The notes under the pieces were generated by a model. It had not been told where the DNA came from, searched no databases, and saw only the letters and a program-made list of their open reading frames with translations. A stretch of DNA of 64,000 nt from an uncultured delta proteobacterium (GTDB lineage: Bacteria; Desulfobacterota; Binatia; UBA9968): the NCBI GenBank assembly GCA_963737905.1, contig CAVTUQ010000019.1, forward strand, positions 64,001 through 128,000, read 5' to 3'. Of this stretch, positions 1 to 8,677 are shown one piece after another. Each line of letters begins with the position of its first letter. The first letter of the stretch is position 1. A program made the translations under genes and the position numbers.

Positions 1-12
1 GAGGCGAGCCGG

Positions 13-1146
13 ATGTCCGGAGCAAACGCGTTCACGACCTTGTGGCGGATCACGGTACCCGCCATGACGCCGGTGATCGTTGTGGTTTTCCTGCTCAGCG
101 TGATTCGAATCTTCAGCAGCTTTGAGATCGAGCTCTTGCTCGGCGTGCCGTGGAGCTTTTACGTCTATTCGACAAAGATCGTCGATCTGGCGCGGCAGGA
201 GCCGCCGCTGGTCAATCAAGCAGCGGCGTTGGGCAGCATTATTCTGGTCTTTCTCGCCGCCTTCATTCCGATCCAACGCAAATTGATCACCCGCCGGCAA
301 TTCACCACGGTCACGGGGCAATTCAAACCTAAAACCATCGATCTCGGCGCATGGCGTTATCCGGCGACGGCGTTTGTTGCTTTGGTTATTTTCATCCTGG
401 ACGTGGTGCCGCTCTTAAGCGTCTTGGGCGGCAGCTTCATGACGCGGTTCGGCTTTTTCAACTTGCCGAAAACATGGACGTTGGAATATTGGAAGATGGC
501 GCTTGGCGATCCGCGTATTCTCCAGGGCCTGCACAACACGTTGATCGTCGCGGTCAGCGCCGGACTCGTCGGAGCGGTGCTGTTCTCGTTGATCGGTTAC
601 GTTCTGGTGCGGACCAAGCTTCCCGGTCGCGCGGTGCTCGATTCGATCTGCTGGTTGCCCTCGGCAATCCCAGGCGTATTATCAGGGCTCGGCCTATTAT
701 GGATGTTTCTCGGCACCCCGTTCTTTCGCCCGTTCTACGGCACCCTCGTGCTTCTCATGGTCGCGCAAATGCTCGGCGGCATCACGCTGTCGACGCAGAT
801 CCTAAAAGCAAATCTTGTCCAGCTCGGCAAAGAGCTGGAGGAATCGTCGCGTATGTCGGGAGCTGGCTTTTGGCGCACCTATCTGCGCATCGTGTTTCCG
901 CTGATGGCGCAGACGATGGTGATGGTGGGCGTCATCAAGTTCATGTTCGCCGCGCAGCATAATTCGGCCATCATTCTGCTGGCGACTTCGGAAACTAGAA
1001 CGTTATCGCTGCTCGCTCTTGATCAGGTGGCGGCGGGATACCGTGAGGTGGCGAGCATTACCATCATTATGGTTACCGTGCTCACGCTTGGATTGGCGAT
1101 CGTCGCGAGGTCGTTTGGCCTCAAGGTCGGCATTCGCGCCGAGTGA
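13..1146 (+). CDS. ABC transporter permease, FbpB/iron(III)-type (probably 5'-truncated by the window edge)
   Basis: Multiple TM segments; EAA loop ELEESSRMSGAGFWRT, with a second EAA-like motif at the window start; followed by an ATPase. Confidence 0.85.
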   Translation: MSGANAFTTLWRITVPAMTPVIVVVFLLSVIRIFSSFEIELLLGVPWSFYVYSTKIVDLARQEPPLVNQAAALGSIILVFLAAFIPIQRKLITRRQFTTVTGQFKPKTIDLGAWRYPATAFVALVIFILDVVPLLSVLGGSFMTRFGFFNLPKTWTLEYWKMALGDPRILQGLHNTLIVAVSAGLVGAVLFSLIGYVLVRTKLPGRAVLDSICWLPSAIPGVLSGLGLLWMFLGTPFFRPFYGTLVLLMVAQMLGGITLSTQILKANLVQLGKELEESSRMSGAGFWRTYLRIVFPLMAQTMVMVGVIKFMFAAQHNSAIILLATSETRTLSLLALDQVAAGYREVASITIIMVTVLTLGLAIVARSFGLKVGIRAE

Positions 1147-1279
1147 CTATGAGGCGAATAAAAAGAAAAAGCGGTCGAGGATCGAGGATGGAAAATCGAA
1201 GATCGCGATCCTCTATCTTCGATCCTCGATCATCATTTGCCATTGTATCCCTCTACGTGGCCTGCGCAGGACGGAGCAC

Positions 1280-2395
1280 GTGAGTTTTTTGCGTATTCAA
1301 GATCTCTACAAAACATTCGACCGTGTGGTCGCGGTCAATCACATCAATCTTGAGGTCGCCGAAGGAGAGTTCTTCACGTTGCTCGGCTCCAGCGGCTGCG
1401 GCAAGACGACCACGTTGCGCATGGTTGGTGGGTTGGAAAAACCCGACGGCGGAGAGATTCATCTGGGGAACAGATGTCTCGTGTCCGGAAGCAAGCGTCT
1501 CTTCATTAAACCTGAGAAGCGGGATATGGGCATGGTCTTCCAGTCCTACGCCCTGTGGCCGCACATGACGGTTTTTGAGAATGTCGTCTATCCGTTGAAG
1601 TTGCGCGGTATCAGAGGCGACGAAGCCGAAAAAAAGGTCGCCGAGGTCTTGGATCTCGTGGGGCTCGCGGGTTTAGAGGACCGCCCGGCGCCGGCACTCA
1701 GCGGCGGGCAGCAGCAACGGGTTGCGCTGGCGCGGGCATTGGTGTTTTCGCCGCGGGTTTTGTTGCTTGACGAACCGCTCAGCAATCTCGATGCGCAACT
1801 GCGTGAAGAGATGCGGCGGGAGTTAAAGAGTTTGCAGCAGCGACTCGGGATCACGGTTTTATTCGTGACGCACGATCAGATTGAGGCGTTGAGTCTGTCC
1901 GATCGAATCGCCATCATGAGGACGGGGCAATTGGAACAGGTCGGCGGCCCCGAAGACGTCTATTATCATCCGGCGACGCCGTTTGTGCGGGATTTCCTGG
2001 GCAAGACCTTTCTCCTTCCGGGAAAGATTCTCGGGATTGCTGATCAGCAAGTCAATGTGGCGATTCAGCAGTTTGACGCTTCTCCGCTTTCTATTCAGCG
2101 GTCAAATCTTTCGGCTTCCGGCAACGGTTTAACCGGAGTCGGCCAGTCCGTGATGGTCGCGATCCGACCCGAGCAGGTCGAATTATGGGCCAAGGCCCCT
2201 GAAGGCAAGCTCAATATGGTTCCAGCGAATCTTCAGTCCGTCCAGTTTCTCGGCGACCGCTATGAATACACGGTGGCATTGGGCTCGGAAACTCGAGTCT
2301 TGGTCTCGCCGGCCTCGCGGCATCTCAAAGCAGGCGAAAAGATTTATCTGGAACTCAAGTCCGAAGGTATCACCCTCTGGCCGAGAGAGGTGTGA
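1280..2395 (+). CDS. ABC transporter ATP-binding protein (PotA/FbpC-like, TOBE C-terminus)
   Basis: Walker A GSSGCGKT, signature LSGGQQQ, Walker B LLLDEP; GTG at 1280 after GGAG preferred over 1019. Confidence 0.9.
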   Translation: MSFLRIQDLYKTFDRVVAVNHINLEVAEGEFFTLLGSSGCGKTTTLRMVGGLEKPDGGEIHLGNRCLVSGSKRLFIKPEKRDMGMVFQSYALWPHMTVFENVVYPLKLRGIRGDEAEKKVAEVLDLVGLAGLEDRPAPALSGGQQQRVALARALVFSPRVLLLDEPLSNLDAQLREEMRRELKSLQQRLGITVLFVTHDQIEALSLSDRIAIMRTGQLEQVGGPEDVYYHPATPFVRDFLGKTFLLPGKILGIADQQVNVAIQQFDASPLSIQRSNLSASGNGLTGVGQSVMVAIRPEQVELWAKAPEGKLNMVPANLQSVQFLGDRYEYTVALGSETRVLVSPASRHLKAGEKIYLELKSEGITLWPREV

Positions 2396-2468
2396 AGCTC
2401 CCCGCTGGCGCTCGGAATCTCAAATCTCAGATTCAAATTTGTGATCTGAAAATCCCACAAGGTGGATT

Positions 2469-3767
2469 CTAACCCGTCGCTCGCTCGTCTTCCGCGACAT
2501 TTTTGCCAGCCCGGTAATCTTCCGTTCCTTTCCAGCGGAACCGCGGTATTTCGGGCACCCGCCAGACAGTCAGCAGCGTTACCACGAATACCAGTAGGCC
2601 ACCGAAAAAAGTTGCCGCCGGCGCCCCCATAAGCGGGACGACTAATCCCGTTTCCGTCTGGCCCAGAGGATGAAGCCCCCGGTTACTCAACTGAAAAACT
2701 CCCATGACTCTGCCGCGGAAGTTTTCCGGCGTAATCAGTTGCAGGATCGTGCTGCGGCAGGCGGACCAGATGGTGTCGGTTACGCCCACGAACGCAATCA
2801 GCGCTAGAGAGAGCAGGAACCAAGGAGAAAGGCCGAAAAGCGCAAAGCCGATACCGTAAAGAATCGCCGAAGCAAAGAGAATTTTCCCATGGTCCGAGCG
2901 ATGGCCCATGGCGATGAACAGACTCGAGCCGATGACGGCACCGAGGCCACGGGCCGACTGCAAGAGTCCGAACCCGCTGGCACCCACGTGTAAGACATCG
3001 CTTGCAAAGATGGTCAGCATGGCGTTATCCAGACCGAAGACGGATGAGACTCCTTCCATGATCATCACGCCCAGAATGAGGGGACGGGAGACGATGTAGG
3101 AAAACCCCGCCTTCGTTTCACTCAAAAAATCATGGTGTCTTTGGCGCGCAGATGCCGAGGTCCGCATCAGCAAGAGCGCGACGACGACAACCAGGAAACT
3201 CGCCGCATTGGCGTAGAACGCTCCGGCGGTACCCATGAGGCTGATGGCGACGCCGCCCAGCGTTGGTCCGAGGAGTGCCGCCCCTTTCCATAACAGTGAA
3301 TTGAGCGCCACCGCATTGGGGAGGACGGAGCGGGGGACCAGCGAAGGAAATAAAGCCTGGCGCGCGGGACCATCGAAGGAGCCGACCGTGGAGCTGACGA
3401 AGGTGAAGGCGTAGATCTGCCAGGCTTGAACGTGACCGGAGTCATCCAATACGCCGAGACCCAGCGCCAGTAGACCCAGAAGAACCTGGGTCCCGAGCAT
3501 GAGCCGGCGGCGATCGTAGCGATCGGCGAAGGTGCCGCTGATGAGCCCGAGGCCTATGGCAGGAATCGCGCGGAAGATGCCGTTGAGTCCCAGCTGCATC
3601 GGAGAGTCTGTCAGTTGATACAGCAGCCAGTTGGTTGCGGTCATCTGCATCCAGGTGCCGATGTTCGAAACAAAAAGGCTGATCCAAAAAAGTCTGAAAT
3701 CGCGGTAGCGAAAGGCAGCGAGACGCCCGATTTCTCTCGGGTCCGAGGAGGGTGGTTCGTCGGTCAT
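2469..3767 (-). CDS. MFS transporter (MFS_3/H+ antiporter-like)
   Basis: About 12 TM helices; motif GTFADRYDRRRL; FRLFW..SNIGTWMQ start. Confidence 0.9.
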   Translation of the reverse strand: MTDEPPSSDPREIGRLAAFRYRDFRLFWISLFVSNIGTWMQMTATNWLLYQLTDSPMQLGLNGIFRAIPAIGLGLISGTFADRYDRRRLMLGTQVLLGLLALGLGVLDDSGHVQAWQIYAFTFVSSTVGSFDGPARQALFPSLVPRSVLPNAVALNSLLWKGAALLGPTLGGVAISLMGTAGAFYANAASFLVVVVALLLMRTSASARQRHHDFLSETKAGFSYIVSRPLILGVMIMEGVSSVFGLDNAMLTIFASDVLHVGASGFGLLQSARGLGAVIGSSLFIAMGHRSDHGKILFASAILYGIGFALFGLSPWFLLSLALIAFVGVTDTIWSACRSTILQLITPENFRGRVMGVFQLSNRGLHPLGQTETGLVVPLMGAPAATFFGGLLVFVVTLLTVWRVPEIPRFRWKGTEDYRAGKNVAEDERATG

Positions 3768-3828
3768 TCGAAGGAGACTCTAAACGTGATGCAAGATCAA
3801 TGTTTTGGATGGCGAAAACGAATGGCGA

Positions 3829-4731
3829 TTAATTGAGCCCCCAGTGCGCAAAGCCCATGGCGCAACCGACACCGGTGCGGGTGCGGTACAGCGGAAAGTA
3901 TTTGACGACTTTGCCCGGCCTGTCCGCTGCACCCGCGGTCACAATCCAGTTGCGGATCTCGGAGGTTCCCTCGACTAAATCGGCAGCGGGCATGGAGCCC
4001 ATGTAGTCGAGGTCGTTTGTCTCCAGCGCCTTGAGAAAGCGGTAATCCAAGGGTTCGCTGATCTTCGTATGGCTGAGCCCGCCGGAGCCGATCACAACGA
4101 CTCGTTCCTGGCCGGGAAGCCGGCGGAGAATCGAAGCCAGAGCCTGGCCGAATTTAACGCAGCGCTTGGCCGAAGGCGCGGGGGGATAATAGGTATTCAC
4201 CATCACGGGAACGATGCGACACTGGGCGTCCGGCGTGAGAAATTTGAGCACTCGCGCAAAGGCATGGCCGAGTCCGCCGTCGTAGCGCGTTTGTTTGGAA
4301 TAGGCGGGATCGAACCCTTCATCCATCAAGCCGTTGATGAGTCCTTCGGCCATTTTGGAATCAACCTGATACCGGGTTCGATTTTCAGACTTCGGCTGCT
4401 TTAGGTATCTCAGGCTGACGCTCGCCTCGGCTTCCTCTCCCATATAGATCGTGAAGGGCGGCATATTGTCATCGACCAAATTCTCATGCTGATCGTCGCC
4501 CACCACGATCAAGACATCCGGGTGGAGCTCGTTCAATTGTTGGCGAAGCGTGGCGATGGCATCCATGCAGCCGCGCCATTTCGTCCACTTCACTTCCGAA
4601 GTTTCATTTTCCAAGCCCGGTTTCTCCGGCAAGCCCTCGTTCTCGCGATTCTTGAGCAAATGCCACTGATCGGGATTGAGCATCAATTGGGGCCCGTGGG
4701 ACATGGCCAGACAGCCGATCAGGTTTGCCAT
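3829..4731 (-). CDS. Extradiol ring-cleavage dioxygenase class III (LigB-like)
   Basis: AMSHGP, VGDDQHEN, GHAF, GSGGLSH and SEIRNW motifs. Confidence 0.8.
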   Translation of the reverse strand: MANLIGCLAMSHGPQLMLNPDQWHLLKNRENEGLPEKPGLENETSEVKWTKWRGCMDAIATLRQQLNELHPDVLIVVGDDQHENLVDDNMPPFTIYMGEEAEASVSLRYLKQPKSENRTRYQVDSKMAEGLINGLMDEGFDPAYSKQTRYDGGLGHAFARVLKFLTPDAQCRIVPVMVNTYYPPAPSAKRCVKFGQALASILRRLPGQERVVVIGSGGLSHTKISEPLDYRFLKALETNDLDYMGSMPAADLVEGTSEIRNWIVTAGAADRPGKVVKYFPLYRTRTGVGCAMGFAHWGLN

Positions 4732-4816
4732 AGTAAGTTCCGTGTCTCGGGTCTCGCGTCTCGGGTTGCCCGCCGAACACGGGACTCGAAACGCTAGACT
4801 CGAGACTGATTTCCTA

Positions 4817-5860
4817 TCACGCGTGAGCGGCCTTCATGTCGGAAACATGCGGCGCTTTCACGTTCAGTTTGAACCAACTGCTGCCGCTATCTTCGCTGCC
4901 AAACAGGTCGCCGTTTTGCTGCGCCGCGTACATGCGATCAAAGTTAGCCGGGTCAAAAGCAAAGGCTTCCACAAAGCTTTGATTGGCTCTTGAAACTTCG
5001 CCTTCTAGCTTTTTCCAGCTTTTTCCAGCGTCCGTCGACTGAATGAGGAACGCTTCCGCGCCGGAGGCACGCTTTCGCCACTGTCCCGGCTGTCCGTTGG
5101 CCACGGCGGAGTAAATAACATTAGGTCTCTTGGGATGGATCGTTAGCGGAACTGAATATTCTTCCTTAAACTCTGCGGCCATCGGGGCCCAGTTCTCTCC
5201 GCCATCGCCACTGAAATAAAGCGCGCGCCCCGGAGCCTTGCCGGCCCGGCAGTCGTGGCCGCCGGTGGCGATGAAGATCTTCCGGCTGTCCTCAGGATGC
5301 AAGACGATGGTGTGTACGTCGCAATCGAGATTCTTGTTCAAAAGCTCCCAAGTCGCGCCGCCGTCCTTGGTCTTGATCATGTAACCCACCTGCAGCGCGA
5401 CGTACATGGTGTTGGGTTCTTTGGGGTCGATGGTGATATCACGGACATGGGGCTCGACCGTAGCCACTGGATAGGTGATGGTTGATACCGAGGGAATGTT
5501 CCAAACGGAGTCGAGCCGTCTCCAGCTCTTCGCGGCATCTTTACTGATAAAGACATCAATGGGTTCGGTGCCCGCGTAAATGGTATCGGGATCGCGGGGG
5601 TCGATGGTGAGGCAACGGACTTTGCCGGGACCCCGCTTGCCGTAGCAGGGTTTCGACCAGGTAGCGCCGAAATCTTCGCTCACCCAGACGCCGTCGCCAC
5701 GCGTTCCGGCAAACACCTTGTTAGGCGCCGATGGCGCAAGGGCGACTTCCGGGACTTCCCAATCTTTGAGCCCGTGATGTTCTACATTCCAAGAACGGCC
5801 ATCCTCACTTTTAAGTGTGACCACGCCTTCGTCTGTTCCCAAATAAAGAATCGATGCCAT
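4817..5860 (-). CDS. BNR/Asp-box beta-propeller protein
   Basis: Repeated SxDxGxTW boxes (SEDFGATW, TKDGGATW, SGDGGENW, STDAGKSW); no signal peptide. Confidence 0.8.
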   Translation of the reverse strand: MASILYLGTDEGVVTLKSEDGRSWNVEHHGLKDWEVPEVALAPSAPNKVFAGTRGDGVWVSEDFGATWSKPCYGKRGPGKVRCLTIDPRDPDTIYAGTEPIDVFISKDAAKSWRRLDSVWNIPSVSTITYPVATVEPHVRDITIDPKEPNTMYVALQVGYMIKTKDGGATWELLNKNLDCDVHTIVLHPEDSRKIFIATGGHDCRAGKAPGRALYFSGDGGENWAPMAAEFKEEYSVPLTIHPKRPNVIYSAVANGQPGQWRKRASGAEAFLIQSTDAGKSWKKLEGEVSRANQSFVEAFAFDPANFDRMYAAQQNGDLFGSEDSGSSWFKLNVKAPHVSDMKAAHA

Positions 5861-6069
5861 GACCCTATCCTCCCTTCTATTTGACTCCGAATCTACTACA
5901 GAAATATAGCGGCGACAACCGGGTTTTTTGAACGACTGGAACGATTAGAAGCTGGCGAACGGTTATTGAGTCCGTTGGAAAGAAGGACGTTGACGCGGAT
6001 ATACCCGCATGTTACTAAGCCGATAAATCTCGCGGGGGGTGGGTCATCGCAAATCCAAAACCGTCGGCA

Positions 6070-6870
6070 GTGGTCAGGGTAGGCTCCGCCGAAGCATCGA
6101 AAGCCTGTGCTGAGCCCTTCGACAGTGCTCAGGGTGGAACTCGTCGAAGTGTCCAAAACCTGAAGCGGCGACTGGTGGAAGGTTTGCAGGTCGTGACAGG
6201 TGAAGAAGTACTGTCCGGCTCGGGTCATTTGAGCGTGCGGATCCCCGGAACTGAAGCCTTTCTCATCAATCCCAGATTCGCCGGCATACTGGCCGATCCG
6301 AAACACATTTGCACCGTAAACTTCGCCGGCAAGCGCATTGCCGGGAGGGGGCCGATTCCTTCCGAGGCTCCGATCCACGCCGCGGTCTACCGGAGCCGCC
6401 CTGATGTGGCAAGTGTGCTTCACTGCCACGCGCGCTATTCGGTTCTCGTCGGCTTGCTTGAAAGCGGTTTGATTCCATTCAATCGCGAGGCGAAAATCTT
6501 TGCGGACGGCGTTCCGATCTTTCCGGAAAGTCGGGGCATTAATACTTTCAGTCTTGCGGAGCGCATGGTGGATGCTTTGGGACCGCATTTTGCAATTTTT
6601 CTTCGCGGGCACGGCGTCGTAGTGGTGGGACCTGGCATTGAAGGGACTTGTCTATCCGCGATTCAACTCGAGCGAGCTTGTCAGGATCAACTCCTGATGA
6701 TGAGTATCACCACCGTCAAACCGATGGCCGATGCGGGTCGAGGACGAAACAACGCGCGGCTCGAAAATCCCTATCGCGCCTGGCCATTTCTTTTGTACAA
6801 GCATAAAGTCAAATCGAGGGCGCAAATTCGCGCCGGCATTCGTACACTCGAAGAAGGCAAGCACTACTGA
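6070..6870 (+). CDS. Class II aldolase/adducin family protein (start uncertain)
   Basis: SGHLSVR, PSEAPIHAAVY, VLHCH and LRGHGVV Zn-binding motifs. Confidence 0.85.
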   Translation: MVRVGSAEASKACAEPFDSAQGGTRRSVQNLKRRLVEGLQVVTGEEVLSGSGHLSVRIPGTEAFLINPRFAGILADPKHICTVNFAGKRIAGRGPIPSEAPIHAAVYRSRPDVASVLHCHARYSVLVGLLESGLIPFNREAKIFADGVPIFPESRGINTFSLAERMVDALGPHFAIFLRGHGVVVVGPGIEGTCLSAIQLERACQDQLLMMSITTVKPMADAGRGRNNARLENPYRAWPFLLYKHKVKSRAQIRAGIRTLEEGKHY

Positions 6871-8099
6871 TGTCATCGTCAAAGAAAATCACCCCTACCT
6901 TTGTCCTCCCCTGTGGGAGACTGTGTCGTAACATCGAAAACATCGTCTCTGTCATTTCGACCGCAGGGAGAAATCTTAGATCCCTCACATTCGTTCGGGA
7001 TGACAATGCAGTCTTGGGCCATTGCGACACGGTCTCCCGAGGGCGAGGAAAGGGGACCCAGACCGGCTCGTCGGTTCTGTTTCCAGCAGCAAATCTTAAA
7101 CTTTCGCTCGCTGTTCTTTTCTTGATTCTTTTCCTCTTCGTTCCCTGGTTAAGTGCGCAGGAGAAAAAGCTCGACCCTTTTACCATTTCCTATGCATCGG
7201 TTTCGGGTACGCGCGGGCCGCTCTGGATCGCCCAGGATCTCGGTCTTTTTGCAAAATACGGCCTTGATGTCGATCTCGTCTACATCCCCTCGGGCGTGAC
7301 ATCGGTCAATGCTTTGCTGGGTGGAAGCGTCGACATCATCGCGGCTTCCGGATCGTCCGTTGTGAGCGCCGCGTCGCGGGGCGCCCCTCTGGTGATCATC
7401 GCCAGTCTGGGTCACATCGCTTACAAATTGGTCGCGCTCCCGTCGATTACCACCACACAAGGCCTCAAAGGCAAGATCATCGGTTCAAGTCGCATCGGCG
7501 CCGGCACGGATTACGCACTGAAACGCCTTCTTCCGAAATTGGGTTTGACTCCAGGTAAAGATGTGCAGCTCATTCCCACGGGAATCAGCGAATCGGATCG
7601 CCGGCTCATCATGATGCTCCAGGGTAAAATCGACGCCACCCTGGCTACGGAAGACAATCTCCTCCAACTCGGCGCCAGGGGCGCGAAGTTGTCCGTGCTC
7701 GCCGATCTTTACGATAACGGAGTCTACACGACCGGCAGCGATATCGCGACGAGCCGCAAACTCTTGAAGGAACGGCCCCGGCAACTCAAGGCTTTCATCA
7801 TGGCGCTCACCGAGGGAACCGCCTACGGGCGCGCACACAAGGATCAAACCATGCGAATTTACCGCAAGTACTTGAAGATCGAGGATCCGAAGCTGCTGGA
7901 ATCGATCCACAAGAACTATCTACTGGGGACGATCCCTGCGAAGCCCTATCCGCGCGAAGAGGCGCTGCAAAACGACATTGAGGATCTGAGTTATACCTAT
8001 CCCGATCTGAAAGGAAGAAGGGCCTCCGAGTTTCTCGACCTCTCTTTGCTGAAAAGCTTGGAGGACGAAGGATTCTTCACACGACTCTACGGGAAATGA
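6870..8099 (+). CDS. NMT1/THI5 (SsuA/TauA-like) substrate-binding protein; N-terminus built from inserted repeats
   Basis: Hydrophobic signal LAVLFLILFLFVPWLSAQ, then GLFAKYGLDV, LKGKIIG and C-terminal LEDEGFF. Confidence 0.85.
   Translation: MSSSKKITPTFVLPCGRLCRNIENIVSVISTAGRNLRSLTFVRDDNAVLGHCDTVSRGRGKGTQTGSSVLFPAANLKLSLAVLFLILFLFVPWLSAQEKKLDPFTISYASVSGTRGPLWIAQDLGLFAKYGLDVDLVYIPSGVTSVNALLGGSVDIIAASGSSVVSAASRGAPLVIIASLGHIAYKLVALPSITTTQGLKGKIIGSSRIGAGTDYALKRLLPKLGLTPGKDVQLIPTGISESDRRLIMMLQGKIDATLATEDNLLQLGARGAKLSVLADLYDNGVYTTGSDIATSRKLLKERPRQLKAFIMALTEGTAYGRAHKDQTMRIYRKYLKIEDPKLLESIHKNYLLGTIPAKPYPREEALQNDIEDLSYTYPDLKGRRASEFLDLSLLKSLEDEGFFTRLYGK
6917..7036. repeat. MITE-like element with GAGACTGTGTCG(T/C)AA terminal inverted repeats enclosing a REP dimer
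   Basis: TIRs gagactgtgtcgtaa / ttgcgacacggtctc; near-identical inverted copy at 22354-22477. Confidence 0.8.
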
Positions 8100-8169
8100 T
8101 GCTGAACACTTTGCGAGCGAATGCGGCGGCAAACGCCATTGCCATGACAGAAAAGTTGCTCCCAAAGTC

Positions 8170-8231
8170 CGTCATTCCGGCGAATGCCGGAATCTATAAG
8201 GGGATGGATACCGGCTTCCGCCGGTATGACG
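8170..8231. repeat. CGTC-tagged REP-like palindromic dimer
   Basis: cgtcattccggcgaatgccggaatc ... ggataccggcttccgccggtatgacg. Confidence 0.8.
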
Positions 8232-8292
8232 AGGGACACGGCGTGGTTTTCAGCGGGTGACGTAAAGAACGAAATTCGCAGATACTCGCGCT

Positions 8293-8580
8293 ATGAAACA
8301 GCCCTGCGTTTACCTCTTGGCTAGTAGGCGAAATGGTACTTTGTATGTGGGTGTGACATCAGATCTGGTCCAACGAGTCTGGCAACACAAGAATGATATT
8401 GTCGAAGGATTCACGAAGCGCTACAGAGTTCACACGTTGGTGTGGTATGAAACGTGTGAGACCATGCACGCCGCCATCGCAAGGGAAAAGGCGATTAAGG
8501 AATGGAAACGCGCTTGGAAGATTGAATTGATTGAAAAATTCAACTCAGAATGGCGCGATCTGTATAAAGAGCTACTTTGA
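8293..8580 (+). CDS. Small GIY-YIG nuclease
   Basis: CVYLLAS-RNGTLYVGVTSDL..RVWQH, AIAREKAIKEWKRAWK..LIE..N. Confidence 0.9.
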   Translation: MKQPCVYLLASRRNGTLYVGVTSDLVQRVWQHKNDIVEGFTKRYRVHTLVWYETCETMHAAIAREKAIKEWKRAWKIELIEKFNSEWRDLYKELL

Positions 8581-8677
8581 ATAGGCTCCGCCCCGCAACG
8601 AGTCCACCACAGGATTTAAGCATTCTGCAGCGAGGCGACGAGTGGCTGAATAGAGATCATTTGCCGAGGTAAGAAAC

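Noticed and set aside
1019-1279. 87-aa N-terminal extension of the ABC ATPase
   Set aside because: It overlaps the permease and runs through a heptamer repeat; the GTG at 1280 has an RBS and starts the recognisable domain
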